Assembly: GCA_965220385.1 (NCBI GenBank)
Contig: OZ244825.1
Span: 212,769-276,768, forward strand
Source of the DNA: Candidatus Poribacteria bacterium
GTDB lineage: Bacteria > Poribacteria > WGA-4E > PCPOR2b
Length of the DNA stretch: 64,000 nucleotides
Direction of reading: 5' to 3'
Position numbers and translations under genes: made by a program. This document shows, in pieces, positions 45,172 through 55,395 of this stretch (positions within the stretch are counted from its first letter, which is position 1; each line of letters opens with the position of its first letter). The notes under the pieces were generated by a model. That model did no database searches. It was not told the origin of the DNA and worked only from the letters and a program-made list of their open reading frames with translations.

Positions 45172-46044
45172 ATGATTGATTGTCATTATCTTGAGCCGAC
45201 CTCCGTGTCGGAGGCTTGTGCACTGTTAGCCGAGCACGGAGATGGTGCGAAGGTTGTTGCCGGCGGACAGAGCATGGCGATACTGCTGCGGAATGGATTA
45301 AGTCAACCGTCCCATCTAATCAGTATTCAGCATGTCACCGGATTAGAAGACATAAATGCATCGAGCGAAGGTGCAACAATTGGTGCAAAGGTTACGCTGA
45401 ATCGTTTGAACGGCATAGGTGAGACACATCCGACGCTACGTGCCTTAGATGATGTCGTCAGGGATGTCGCAGACCAACAGATTCGTAACTTTGCAACGCT
45501 CGGCGGAGCAATCTGCGAGGCGCATCCCGCGAGTGACATCACCGTTGCCTTGAGCGCACTCCATGCCACAGTAAAATTGGCGAGCGCGAACGGTGAACGG
45601 ACTGTGCCTATCTGCGACTTCGTCACCGGTGCTTTTGCTACCGCTGTCGGACCGGGTGAGTTACTGACCGAGGTCGTTGTTCCATCGTTCGATCTCGCAT
45701 CCGCTGCAGCCGCACATCGCCGGTTCGCGCTGCGGGCAGGCGATTATCCTGTCGTCGGAGTCGGCGCGTTTGTCAGCCTTGATGGATCAGGAAACTGCGA
45801 GGATGTCCGTATTGTAATTGGTAACTGTTCAGGTGCCCCGGCGCACGCACAGGAGGCGGAAGCGCGACTGAAGGGAAATAGCATCGTTGGAAACAATGGG
45901 GCGCTTGCCGAAGCCGGTGAACTCGCTGCAGCCCATGTTTCACCAGCGGGCGATCCGATGGCGCCGAGCGAATACAAAATAGACCTCGTTAGCGTGCTGA
46001 CCAGAGAAGCATTGGAGGAAGCGGTTACACGCGCAACCGCCTAA
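45172..46044 (+). CDS. Molybdenum hydroxylase FAD-binding (medium) subunit
   Basis: AGGQSM, QIRN.AT.GG, HPASD. Confidence 0.92.
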   Translation: MIDCHYLEPTSVSEACALLAEHGDGAKVVAGGQSMAILLRNGLSQPSHLISIQHVTGLEDINASSEGATIGAKVTLNRLNGIGETHPTLRALDDVVRDVADQQIRNFATLGGAICEAHPASDITVALSALHATVKLASANGERTVPICDFVTGAFATAVGPGELLTEVVVPSFDLASAAAAHRRFALRAGDYPVVGVGAFVSLDGSGNCEDVRIVIGNCSGAPAHAQEAEARLKGNSIVGNNGALAEAGELAAAHVSPAGDPMAPSEYKIDLVSVLTREALEEAVTRATA

Positions 46045-46174
46045 GACATTTACCAAAGTCCCCCTGACAAGTGGTACATCCCGGTTTATCGGGGGCGGGA
46101 TTTAGGGGGTTGGTTCTGTAGTGGAGGCGTATAAGTAGGTCTAAAATCTACCACGGTTATATGGAGGCTTTTTA

Positions 46175-46645
46175 ATGAAATACCCATTATCATTGACTGT
46201 CAATGAGGAAAATTATGACATCCTCGTTGAACCCTACCACACCTTGATGGAGGCTATTCGCGATGGGATTGGGTTAACGGGGACAAAGTGTGCTTGTGAA
46301 GATGGGCGGTGCGGAACCTGCACGGTAATGATCGACGGACAGCTGGTCAAATCGTGTCTGATGCTTGGGCTACAGGCGAATAGGAAATCGGTCCTGACCA
46401 TAGAAGGTATGGGATCACCCGACGATCTGCACCCATTGCAAACTGCGTTTCTTGAACACGGTGCTGTGCAGTGTGGTTATTGTACGCCGGGGATGCTGCT
46501 CACGGCAAAACAGTTGCTGGACGAAAACCCGAACCCAACTGAAGAAGACATCCGATCTGCGTTTGTGGGAAATCTTTGCCGATGTGGAGTCTACACGCAC
46601 GCGACTGAAGCGGTATTGAGCGTCGCAGGGGAGGAGGAGAAATAG
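46175..46645 (+). CDS. Molybdenum hydroxylase 2Fe-2S (small) subunit
   Basis: C..G.CGTC, QCGYCTPG, CRC. Confidence 0.95.
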   Translation: MKYPLSLTVNEENYDILVEPYHTLMEAIRDGIGLTGTKCACEDGRCGTCTVMIDGQLVKSCLMLGLQANRKSVLTIEGMGSPDDLHPLQTAFLEHGAVQCGYCTPGMLLTAKQLLDENPNPTEEDIRSAFVGNLCRCGVYTHATEAVLSVAGEEEK

Positions 46646-46646
46646 C

Positions 46647-48998
46647 ATGGCTGTTGTTGGAACTTCTACCAAACGTATTGATGGTATAGAGAAAGTAACC
46701 GGGACCGCAGAATTTACGACCGATATCGTGCTGCCACGGATGATCCACGCCAAGCTGAAGCGCAGCCCGTATGCACATGCAAAAATTCTGGGGATTGACA
46801 CCAGCAAAGCCGAGCAGATGCCCGGTGTGCGCGCTGTCATTACCGCCGCCGACCTGCCTGACGTGCGGTTAGGTGTCCTAACGTTGGATGAGCATCTACT
46901 CGCCCATGACAAAACACGTCTCGTCGGCGAACCGGTCGCTGCTGTCGCCGCAGATACTCCGGAAATTGCCCGGGCAGCCTGTGAGCAGATCGAAGTCGAA
47001 TACGAAGAACTCGCTCCCCTATTTGATCCGGAAGAAGCGATCAAATTAGATCCGCCGGTGGTGCTGCACGAAGAATACGAAGAATACGAAAAGCTCCTTG
47101 AAATTGCCGAAATGGACGAGCGTCCGCCCAACCTATGGCAAGCCTACCGCATCCGCCATGGCGACATCGACGACGCATTCAAAAAAGCGGAGGACGAAGG
47201 TGGATACATCATCGAAAATCGGTATGCAACCGGTTATGTTCACACCGCATGTATGGAGCCGCACGGCGCAGTAGCACAATGGAGTTCTGACGGATCACTC
47301 ACGCTCTGGGCGGGCGGGCAATCCCCCTACATCGCACGCGACGGTTTAGCGAAAGCACTTGACCTATCGCCTTCCAAGGTCCGCGTTATTGTTCCATTTG
47401 TTGGTGGCGCTTTTGGTGGCAAGTTGACGGTCAAAGAGGGGGCTATCGCCGCTTCACTTGCCCACAAAGCGGGGCGGCCCGTCAAAATCATCTTGACCCG
47501 CGCCGAAGACCTCTCCGCCACAGCTGCACGGACACCGTTCATCTTTGATATAAAGGACGCGGTAACCAAAGATGGTATCCTCATTGGTCGTAAAGTCACT
47601 TCGATCCTCTGGGGCGGTGGTTATAGCGGCGAAGGGATTCTCAAACCAATTTTCTCCACCCATCTCTATCCCGGTTCCTACCGTTTAGCCGCACTCTGGG
47701 TGGACTCCTACGGTGTCTATACCAACCGTGTCTCCGGCGGTGCGTTGCGTGGCTACGGCTGTGCAGAGTCCGCTTGGGCGGTCGAAACCCAGATGGACAT
47801 CATCGCGAGAAAGTGCAATATCGACGCCGTTGAGCTGCGTATAAATAACCTGCTGACCGAAGGCGAGCGCACCGCTATCACCATGCCCGCCCATGCGTTC
47901 AGTGCTCACGAATGTTTGACCAAATGTGCTGATGCAATTGAGTGGGAAACCCCCTCTGAGTCGTTAGAGCAGCCATGGTATCGTGGCAAGGGCATCGCTC
48001 TGGGTAACAAGTATTCCTTTGCTCCGACCGCTTCCAGTACAGAACTAAAGGTTCATGAGGATGCTTCCTGTGAGTTGCGGACCAGCGCGGTCGATTTGGG
48101 ACAGGGTGCTTACACCATTCTCACGCAGATCGTCGCCGATGAGTTCGGGATCGAGATTGATCAGGTCAAACTGGTCACTCCAGACACAGCGATTACGCCG
48201 TTCGATCACGTCGCCGGTTCCAGTCGCCAGACCTTCCATACCGGCAACGCCACCCGCATGGCGTGTGACGATGCGAAACGCCAGATTCGAGAACTCGCTG
48301 CATCCAAGCTGGAGGCGGACCCGGACGACTTAGAGGTTTCCGGTGGACGCATCTCCGTTAAAGGGTCTTCCAAGTCAATCGAGGTTGAAGACCTGTTCGT
48401 GGTTGAGATGTTGGCAGGTAAACGTCCGGCAGTTGATGAAATTATCGGCAAGGCAACTTGGGAAGTTACTGCCAGTCCGCACGACCCAAACACCGGACAG
48501 GGCGAGGAACCGATGGCTTACATGGGGCACGGTGCCCAAGCTGCCGAAGTTGAGGTCAACGTTGAAACGGGTCAGGTCCGTGTTCGGAAGTTCGTCTCTG
48601 CGATTGATGTCGGCAAGGCAATGAACCCGCAAGGGGTCGAGATGCAGAACTACGGCGGCGGGTGCATGGGTATCGGTATCGCACTGCACGAGGACATGTG
48701 CTTTGATACAAACGGAGAGATGACCAACGCCAGCTTGATGGACTATAAGATTCCCTCCATCGTTGAGATGCCGATGAAAGAATATATGGAGTCGATTATC
48801 GTCGAAGTCCCGCACCAGCACGGACCTTACGGTGCCAAGGGTGCCGGTGAAATCGTCGTGGTCCCCACATCGCCCGCAATCGGTAACGCGATCTATGATG
48901 CGATTGGTGTGCGTATCTGGGATCAACCGCTGACGCCGGAGAAGGTCGTCAAAGCGTGGAAAGAAAAGACGGCATCCGGTAACGGTTCTGGATCATAA
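46647..48998 (+). CDS. Xanthine dehydrogenase-family molybdopterin-binding (large) subunit
   Basis: GGAFGGK, ALRGYG, DLGQG, GSSRQT, GPYGAKG.GE. Confidence 0.93.
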   Translation: MAVVGTSTKRIDGIEKVTGTAEFTTDIVLPRMIHAKLKRSPYAHAKILGIDTSKAEQMPGVRAVITAADLPDVRLGVLTLDEHLLAHDKTRLVGEPVAAVAADTPEIARAACEQIEVEYEELAPLFDPEEAIKLDPPVVLHEEYEEYEKLLEIAEMDERPPNLWQAYRIRHGDIDDAFKKAEDEGGYIIENRYATGYVHTACMEPHGAVAQWSSDGSLTLWAGGQSPYIARDGLAKALDLSPSKVRVIVPFVGGAFGGKLTVKEGAIAASLAHKAGRPVKIILTRAEDLSATAARTPFIFDIKDAVTKDGILIGRKVTSILWGGGYSGEGILKPIFSTHLYPGSYRLAALWVDSYGVYTNRVSGGALRGYGCAESAWAVETQMDIIARKCNIDAVELRINNLLTEGERTAITMPAHAFSAHECLTKCADAIEWETPSESLEQPWYRGKGIALGNKYSFAPTASSTELKVHEDASCELRTSAVDLGQGAYTILTQIVADEFGIEIDQVKLVTPDTAITPFDHVAGSSRQTFHTGNATRMACDDAKRQIRELAASKLEADPDDLEVSGGRISVKGSSKSIEVEDLFVVEMLAGKRPAVDEIIGKATWEVTASPHDPNTGQGEEPMAYMGHGAQAAEVEVNVETGQVRVRKFVSAIDVGKAMNPQGVEMQNYGGGCMGIGIALHEDMCFDTNGEMTNASLMDYKIPSIVEMPMKEYMESIIVEVPHQHGPYGAKGAGEIVVVPTSPAIGNAIYDAIGVRIWDQPLTPEKVVKAWKEKTASGNGSGS

Positions 48999-49048
48999 GC
49001 CACGGCGCGATAACCTAGACATTAGAAATACACTATCAGTAGTTTTTT

Positions 49049-49103
49049 AAGGAGGGCGTCCACTTAAAAGCTTCAGTGACGTGGATTTTGCCCTCCTTTT
49101 TTT
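49049..49103 (+). terminator. Intrinsic terminator of the Mo-hydroxylase operon
   Basis: AAGGAGGGC / GCCCTCCTT stem, T7 tail. Confidence 0.7.
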
Positions 49104-49124
49104 ACTAATTGTATAACATTCCTA

Positions 49125-50397
49125 AGCAAGTTTAAGTATACATTTTGAGTTTTTACAGAAGGGTGTGCTGGAGCTGCCCTGATTCATGAATCCCCATCAA
49201 AGATTGGAATCGTGAAAACGGTAATCTATCCAGCCACCCGATGACAGTTTGACAGAGTTGAGAGAAACTGTTGAAAAAATAACTCCTGTTAATTTGATCT
49301 CGCATCAGATGCCACAATCGCTCAATGAGATTCAGATGTGGACTATAAGTTGGCATCGGGACTAAACGCAATCGGTCTTTGTGGTGAATCAGGAAATCGT
49401 CAAGTTTTGCCGTTGTATGACTCGATGCATTATCACGGACGACAAACAGCAACTCATCGGGATACATATCCATTAGGTTTTGCCAATGTGTTTTGATCTG
49501 AAGATGGGTTTTATTGGCATAGATTTCATACAAGCCGGCCCCCGAAGGATACTCTAAGGAGCCGATGAGGTATTTCCGCCGGTTTTTGCCGGGGGTGTTG
49601 ACCTTATATTCAGTGCCTTGCTGTCGATAAATACGTCCACTGTTGGGACACCAAGACACGTTAGCTTCATCAAAGAAAAACAGGCGAGCCGTCTTTTTTT
49701 CGGTCTCAAGTGCAGACAGACCTAAACGCCGAAGTTGGGTATCCGGGAGAATCAACCGAGTCGCCTCACTCGTCAACTCTCCCGTTTTGGCAAACACCTC
49801 AACTCCGTCAGTTGAGTCCGTTTCGCTTGATATTCTGGATCCGGACTGCCAACACGGAGTTTGCTTCGACCGGTGCGGTAGCCTACCCGTCGTAAAGCCA
49901 GATGGATCGCTGGCGGTGTGACCGAAATCTCGTGATACGCTTGGAGATAAACTCTTATCAGCTCAAGCGTCCATTGTCGAGAGTCCGTCTGAAGTTTTTC
50001 GTATTGATTCGGCGTTTGCTCAAGAAGTCGATTCCAGTCCGATTTGCTAAAGTGTGTGATTTTACCACGACGCCCCGGAGGACGCTTAGGCATCAACGCA
50101 TCTAAACCAGAGCTATTGTATGTATGAATATAAGTCCTAACACTCTCATCAGAGAGATTAAACATCTTGGCGAGTTTCGACACGGGCATACGTTCAATGC
50201 CACTAAGTTTGATGATTAGTAAACGCCTATACCATTTCGGGTGTGTCGCTTCACAAAGCGCAACATCAAGACGTTCAACAGCCAAGGAATCGTTAAGTTC
50301 TGCGTAAATCATCAATTAAGACACTCCTTGTGAGATAGATTTACACACAGTATAACGCAAAACTCTATAAATTGGTGATTTATTATTTAATATTGCT
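49125..50397 (-). mobile_element. IS630-family insertion sequence, two ORFs (49773-50315 HTH; 49153-49797 DDE)
   Basis: FFDE, VVRDNASSH, SPHLNLIERLW; TA-flanked ends TAAGCAAGTTT.. and ..AATATTGCTTA. Confidence 0.9.
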
Positions 50398-50399
50398 TA

Positions 50400-50631
50400 A
50401 GCAATATTGAATAATAAACTTTCGATTCTCAGTAGGTGTCGCACCCGTAGGGGCGGGGTTTCCCCGCCCGCCATCGATGTAAAATGTGCATATTTAATAT
50501 TGAAACTTGCTTATGAGAGCAATATTGAATAATAAACTTTCGATTCTCAGTAGGTGTCGCACCCGTAGGGGCGGGGTTTCCCCGCCCGCCATCGATGTAA
50601 AATGTGCATATTTAATATTGAAACTTGCTTA
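50400..50631. repeat. Two identical 114-bp copies (50400-50513, 50518-50631) of an IS630-cognate MITE with REP cargo
   Basis: Direct comparison of both copies; ends match the adjacent IS630 ends. Confidence 0.9.
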
Positions 50632-52677
50632 AAACATCTTAGACCATCTCATATTGAATTGGGGCGTCCGCCCCGACTCAATAGCTTGCGCCCAGTTTAG
50701 CTTCCAATTGTCTCCTATCAGTAAACCGGCGCCCAGATTAACCTTCGGATCAGAGGTGCTGATTTCGCCTAACTTGTCCCATACCCCGCCTGCATCCGTG
50801 AAAAATGTAACGAATACCCCGTCAATGATGTGATGACGATACTCCAAATTGAGTAGGATACCCTGGTTACCAGCAAATTCATAAAGATCATACCCACGAA
50901 GCGATCCAGGACCCCCAAGAATAAATTGACGTTGAACCGGCACCTCCTTTGCTGAAAACCCAACTTTCAAACGGAGGTCAAGCATGTGCCAATCGCCGAT
51001 AGGTTGGTAACGTCTGGAGTGTATCTCAAATCGTGTAAAATCAAAGTCAGAACCCACCGCCGAATTGCTATGCTCCACTGCAAAGGTATTGTACCAACCC
51101 TCGTTCTCAAAACGACTATCAAAATCATATCTCAAAGCGATACTCCGCATTTGTCCGGGCGTTATTGGTGTATTTTTTTCCTTGTCCGATCTCCATCGAA
51201 AGAGGGACCAATCTGTCATTTTGTTCAGGCTTTCGTGATTTTCATTGATTACAGTCAGTTTCAAGGAATGGAGGAGTACCTCCGGTTGCCATCGTAGCGA
51301 GATTTCAGAACCAGCCTTCAGATAATAATCTCGGAAGTCCCCGCCATATAACAGGGCAGTCAGAAGTTGCTCGGTATCGTCTAGTAAAATATCTGGATCT
51401 CTTACCGATGTCAGGCGATGGAATTGAAACCTAACGGTCAGATTCCGGTCAACTCCTCCTAATAATCTTGCCTCTCCACCCGCTTCATAGTTCAACTGTT
51501 TGTTTGAAAAACCGTAGCTCAAAGCCCCAAATAGCTTCGGTTGAAGCGGTATCTCAATCTCCGTAGGTTTCGACAGTTCAAGCCGGGGTCCAAGTCGTAG
51601 CCCCTGTACGCGATTAAACCCACCACTCATTGTGAGGTCCATTACGATGTCCGGTAGGATCTCGTCCTTCGCTGTATTCTCCTCCACTGTAATTGTTACA
51701 ATCCGTTTATCTTCTTCTTGATGGATATGCCAGTCCGCTCGCCTGATATGCGGAAGAATGGCCTTCATTGTTTTGATAGCATTGCTAATGTCATCTGGTC
51801 CCTTTTCAAGCGCCTCTCTGATTTCCGAAGCCTTCACTCTTTGGTTGCCTCGAATCCGAACTTCATTGATTGGTTGCTTTTCCCTATCCATAAAGTGGGT
51901 TGAAGGAAATGAGAACGCTGTGTTCCCGGAGGGTTGATCCGTGATCGAAGGGGTTACACCATTAGGTTGTTTTTCCATCGATTTTGACCGTTCTTTGATA
52001 CCAAACCCGTCTTGATGGTCTTGGAACGGGTTGTCTTCCAAGGCGTTAAGTTGTGGGATGTCCACACCAACGCCTTCAAGGTTTCTTAATAATTCACCAA
52101 TCCGTTGTGGGTGCAGATGTCCGATGATATTCACTAGATGCGCTTCGGTTTCCCCTGTGACCATTACAAAAAGTCCGTCGATTGTCTCTGTATTGAGCAG
52201 TACCCATATTTGAATCTTCTCACTGTCCTCCCTGATTTTGGCAAAGGCTTCCCAACCACGCTTTTTCAACACCCGTTCATAGTAACGGATCATTGGGTCG
52301 AAACTCGTGGCATTACCAGAGTAGCTACGGACATATACTCCCGCTAGCATTGCAATCAATTCGGAAATCTCAGGTTCTTGTTCCGTCGTTTTAGCGACGA
52401 ATGCGATTAACTCACTATCTAGGTTCACTTCGACCTTTGGCTTTAGGGGAATTGGACCATTGAAGGTGACAACACCTCCTGCTGTTTCTTCTCTTTTTCC
52501 GCCTCGTACCCAACCAAGAATGGATTCAATCTGTGGCTTTAAGGGAATCGGAAAATCGAAGGCAATAACACCTCTTGCAGCCTCTTGCGTTTTTGCAGTC
52601 TCTGCCCAGCCAAGAACAGAAAGGGAGAGAATGAGCAGTAGGAAGACGATGGAACGACAGTTTGCATAGCGTTTCAC
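50629..52677 (-). CDS. DUF4252 + single POTRA + Omp85 (BamA/TamA-like) beta-barrel fusion
   Basis: Signal peptide; DUF4252-like block; INEVRIRGNQRV; LGGPGSLRGY, FTDAG, NLGAGL, C-terminal Phe. Confidence 0.8.
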   Translation of the reverse strand: MKRYANCRSIVFLLLILSLSVLGWAETAKTQEAARGVIAFDFPIPLKPQIESILGWVRGGKREETAGGVVTFNGPIPLKPKVEVNLDSELIAFVAKTTEQEPEISELIAMLAGVYVRSYSGNATSFDPMIRYYERVLKKRGWEAFAKIREDSEKIQIWVLLNTETIDGLFVMVTGETEAHLVNIIGHLHPQRIGELLRNLEGVGVDIPQLNALEDNPFQDHQDGFGIKERSKSMEKQPNGVTPSITDQPSGNTAFSFPSTHFMDREKQPINEVRIRGNQRVKASEIREALEKGPDDISNAIKTMKAILPHIRRADWHIHQEEDKRIVTITVEENTAKDEILPDIVMDLTMSGGFNRVQGLRLGPRLELSKPTEIEIPLQPKLFGALSYGFSNKQLNYEAGGEARLLGGVDRNLTVRFQFHRLTSVRDPDILLDDTEQLLTALLYGGDFRDYYLKAGSEISLRWQPEVLLHSLKLTVINENHESLNKMTDWSLFRWRSDKEKNTPITPGQMRSIALRYDFDSRFENEGWYNTFAVEHSNSAVGSDFDFTRFEIHSRRYQPIGDWHMLDLRLKVGFSAKEVPVQRQFILGGPGSLRGYDLYEFAGNQGILLNLEYRHHIIDGVFVTFFTDAGGVWDKLGEISTSDPKVNLGAGLLIGDNWKLNWAQAIESGRTPQFNMRWSKMF

Positions 52678-52741
52678 GGTTTGTTTTTTCCTTCTTATTG
52701 AGGTGTGTAGCTTACCTTGTCATTATCATGTTTTGTGAGAC

Positions 52742-53347
52742 TTATTCTGAGACGGGCAAACGGACACCATACTGTCCGAGATTTGCGTTCAGTTCGGCAA
52801 AGAATTCGGGACGGATATCGCACACGATCCGGACCACATGCATCTCATTGTTTTCAATTGTGACTATGAAGATTCCACGGAACCTGTTTGCATTGTATTT
52901 TGCATAAATGCAGGAACTGTGCTGATCTTCATAAACACGGGTGATTAAGTTCCATTTTTTCTGACGCATCAGTTCCGCGTAGAGGTCAAAAATTTCAGAT
53001 CTATCTGTTTCGGACGATTGATCTAAGATGAAGTGGCTTACTTGGACACTCTTTACTCCACGAATCGTGAGTGTCGCTGCCCGATTTTCTTCTTCGCCCA
53101 AAGATGTTCCAAGGTGTTTGAGTACCCACCAGCCGGGTCCTCCAATACCAAATCCTATCTCTTTGTGAACGTGGCTTAATCGATCCGCGCGACCAGTGTC
53201 CCCACCGCTTCCCAACAGGCAGCCGCAACCGATATTTACCGCGAGGAGGAGAGGGTAGATAAAAAACGAAAAACGTAAAATGTGATTAGCTGATCTATTG
53301 TTCATGATTTTTTTGAAGATTATCAAAACTAATTTGACAAGGTGCAA
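52742..53347 (-). CDS. Divergent DUF4252-like exported/lipoprotein
   Basis: KW.LI.RV.E, GIFIVT, VV.I..DI.PE; start may be the ATG at 53305. Confidence 0.65.
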   Translation of the reverse strand: MHLVKLVLIIFKKIMNNRSANHILRFSFFIYPLLLAVNIGCGCLLGSGGDTGRADRLSHVHKEIGFGIGGPGWWVLKHLGTSLGEEENRAATLTIRGVKSVQVSHFILDQSSETDRSEIFDLYAELMRQKKWNLITRVYEDQHSSCIYAKYNANRFRGIFIVTIENNEMHVVRIVCDIRPEFFAELNANLGQYGVRLPVSE

Positions 53348-53356
53348 AATTTCCCA

Positions 53357-53962
53357 CTACTCTTTCTGGGACTTACTCTTTTCTTCAGGCTTTGATTCGT
53401 TCTCAACCTTGATATCCATACCTTCAACATGAGGTAGACCAAGGTTGTCCAGATTTACAAGTAATTCGCCGATTCGTTCCGGATTGATTTCACCGACGAT
53501 ATTTACGAGGGTCACTTCTGCCTCTCCTGCGACCATGACGAAAAGCCCAAATATGATATCTTCACCGAGTAATATACGTACCTGAACAGTCTCTCCCTCT
53601 TCTTTGACTTTGGCGATGACCTCCCACTTTTCGTGTTCCAGCCTATCCTCATAATGGTGGACCAATTTATTATCAATCGTGGTGTGGTTTTCATAGACGC
53701 GGACATATACGCCTTTCAGCATTTCAAGTAATTCAGTGACTTCTGAGTTCGGTTTTGCGGCTTTGGCAACGAGTGAGATTAACTTACCACTTAAATTGAC
53801 CTCAATTTTTGCCTCCCGAGCGTTCGGAAAATCAAATGCAATAAGCCCTTTTGTTTCTTCCTTCTCTTTTTGGGCTTCAGCAAATGCTTCACCCCTAGGC
53901 ACTATGTCGATAAAAATACACAGACCGACTGCAAGTGTTACAATTTGTAAAATGTGTCTCAT
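53357..53962 (-). CDS. DUF4252 family exported protein
   Basis: EVNLSGKLISL, LKGVYVRVY, WE.IAKVKE, LVNIVGEI.PE.I. Confidence 0.8.
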   Translation of the reverse strand: MRHILQIVTLAVGLCIFIDIVPRGEAFAEAQKEKEETKGLIAFDFPNAREAKIEVNLSGKLISLVAKAAKPNSEVTELLEMLKGVYVRVYENHTTIDNKLVHHYEDRLEHEKWEVIAKVKEEGETVQVRILLGEDIIFGLFVMVAGEAEVTLVNIVGEINPERIGELLVNLDNLGLPHVEGMDIKVENESKPEEKSKSQKE

Positions 53963-54108
53963 AGTTCAGTCCCCTCCAAACAGAACACAGAGGCGTATTA
54001 ATTTCATTTGGATAGCTTGTCTATCAAGCTAAAATTATCGAGAGACAAGGAGTTGAGAATCTAAGGAGGCAAAGTTGCCAATGCTCTTGAACTCCTTGGA
54101 TTGTCGTC

Positions 54109-54690
54109 TTAAATGTCTTCATTTGGTTGGCTTGGTTCAGTGTCAATTTTGAGATCTTTAAGTTGGGGCAGATCTAGGTTCAGATTCATATCTTCCAAGT
54201 TACTGATGACATCACCAACCTTTTCAAAATCGATATGCCCGAAAATATTTACGAGGATCGTTTCCTTAGCTCCGGTGACCATGATAAACACACCGCTAAC
54301 TATCTCTTCATCAAAGAGCAAAGCAACCCGGACAATCCCATCTCCCTCTTTAGCTTTGACGATGGTTTCCCATTTGCCTACTTTCAGTTTGTTCTCATAG
54401 TGACGAAGCATCTGATCAAGATTCTCGCCATTCTCGTATCCCCGAATGTATACCCCTTTGATCATTGCCACTAATTTGCCAATTTCCGACTCGTGCTCCA
54501 CAGATTTGGTAAGGAGTGTGAACAGTTTGCTGCTCACGTTCACTTCAATTATCGCTTCGGATACATCGGAAAAATCGAAATTGATGCGCCCTTTAATATT
54601 TTCGTTTTGTATCTCAGCAATCCCATTTCCGACGGTAAAAAGGAGGGATAGCAGCACAGCAAGTTGTGTGAAGTTTATACATCGTTTCAT
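54109..54690 (-). CDS. DUF4252 family exported protein
   Basis: EVNVSSKLF.L, IKGVYIRGY, WETIVKAKE, LVNIFG.IDFEK. Confidence 0.8.
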   Translation of the reverse strand: MKRCINFTQLAVLLSLLFTVGNGIAEIQNENIKGRINFDFSDVSEAIIEVNVSSKLFTLLTKSVEHESEIGKLVAMIKGVYIRGYENGENLDQMLRHYENKLKVGKWETIVKAKEGDGIVRVALLFDEEIVSGVFIMVTGAKETILVNIFGHIDFEKVGDVISNLEDMNLNLDLPQLKDLKIDTEPSQPNEDI

Positions 54691-54740
54691 GAGTCGTTTT
54701 CTCCTAAATACGTTGAAGGTTATGGAAATGAGGAACAGCA

Positions 54741-55391
54741 TCACTCAGGTGACTGGTTATTGCCAAAATCCTCATCGTTACCAGTGGAACTATCTGTCAA
54801 TTTGTTGAGTATGATGAAGCTACGTTGAATTGTCTCTGAAGAGTTAATTTCATCCATCGTAAGCATTAACGCTCTGCGTGGTGCCTCTCTCACCTGATCG
54901 GCGGAAAGGCGTTTGTCGATAGCCAGTCCTGTTTTATGCATCGCGTAGCGCACCGTGCTCAAAGCATAACTGAGTTCGTGGGCAGCCTGTTCAATTTGTA
55001 AAGATTGCTGGTGCTGCTGGTATGCACCGAATGTCACGAGGATAATGAGGCTAGCAGTGACGGCTCCAACTGTAACCGGACGAATGGACAACCCACGTAG
55101 AGCTTGCTTCAATGAATCAAACCACCCCTGAGTGGTGGGCTGTGGATGAGATCGAACGTAGGCAGCAACGTGGTCAAAAACATCGGAAGGGGGTTCGGGT
55201 TTTGGCACTTCTTGCAACGCCTCACTGAGTTCAAGCGCGAAGTCCAACTCATTTTGGCAATCTTGGCATGTAGCCAGGTGTGTCTCAATTGCTGTTTGAG
55301 CGTCGGCGTTCAGTTCACCGGCAAGGTATTCTTCCAAAACCGAATGCACCTGTTCACAACGTATTGTTTGTGTTGTCGAATGTTGTTGCAT
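54741..55391 (-). CDS. Zinc-binding (ZAS) transmembrane anti-sigma factor
   Basis: HLATCQDC (HxxxCxxC), single TM. Confidence 0.85.
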   Translation of the reverse strand: MQQHSTTQTIRCEQVHSVLEEYLAGELNADAQTAIETHLATCQDCQNELDFALELSEALQEVPKPEPPSDVFDHVAAYVRSHPQPTTQGWFDSLKQALRGLSIRPVTVGAVTASLIILVTFGAYQQHQQSLQIEQAAHELSYALSTVRYAMHKTGLAIDKRLSADQVREAPRRALMLTMDEINSSETIQRSFIILNKLTDSSTGNDEDFGNNQSPE

Positions 55392-55395
55392 CGAG

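Noticed and set aside
45172-48998. Aerobic CO dehydrogenase (coxMSL)
   Set aside because: Gene order fits, but the active-site loop is ALRGYG rather than AYxCSFR and no coxDEFG genes are adjacent.
50400-50631. Possible CRISPR array or ncRNA pair
   Set aside because: Only two identical 114-bp units without spacers; better explained as an IS630-cognate MITE.
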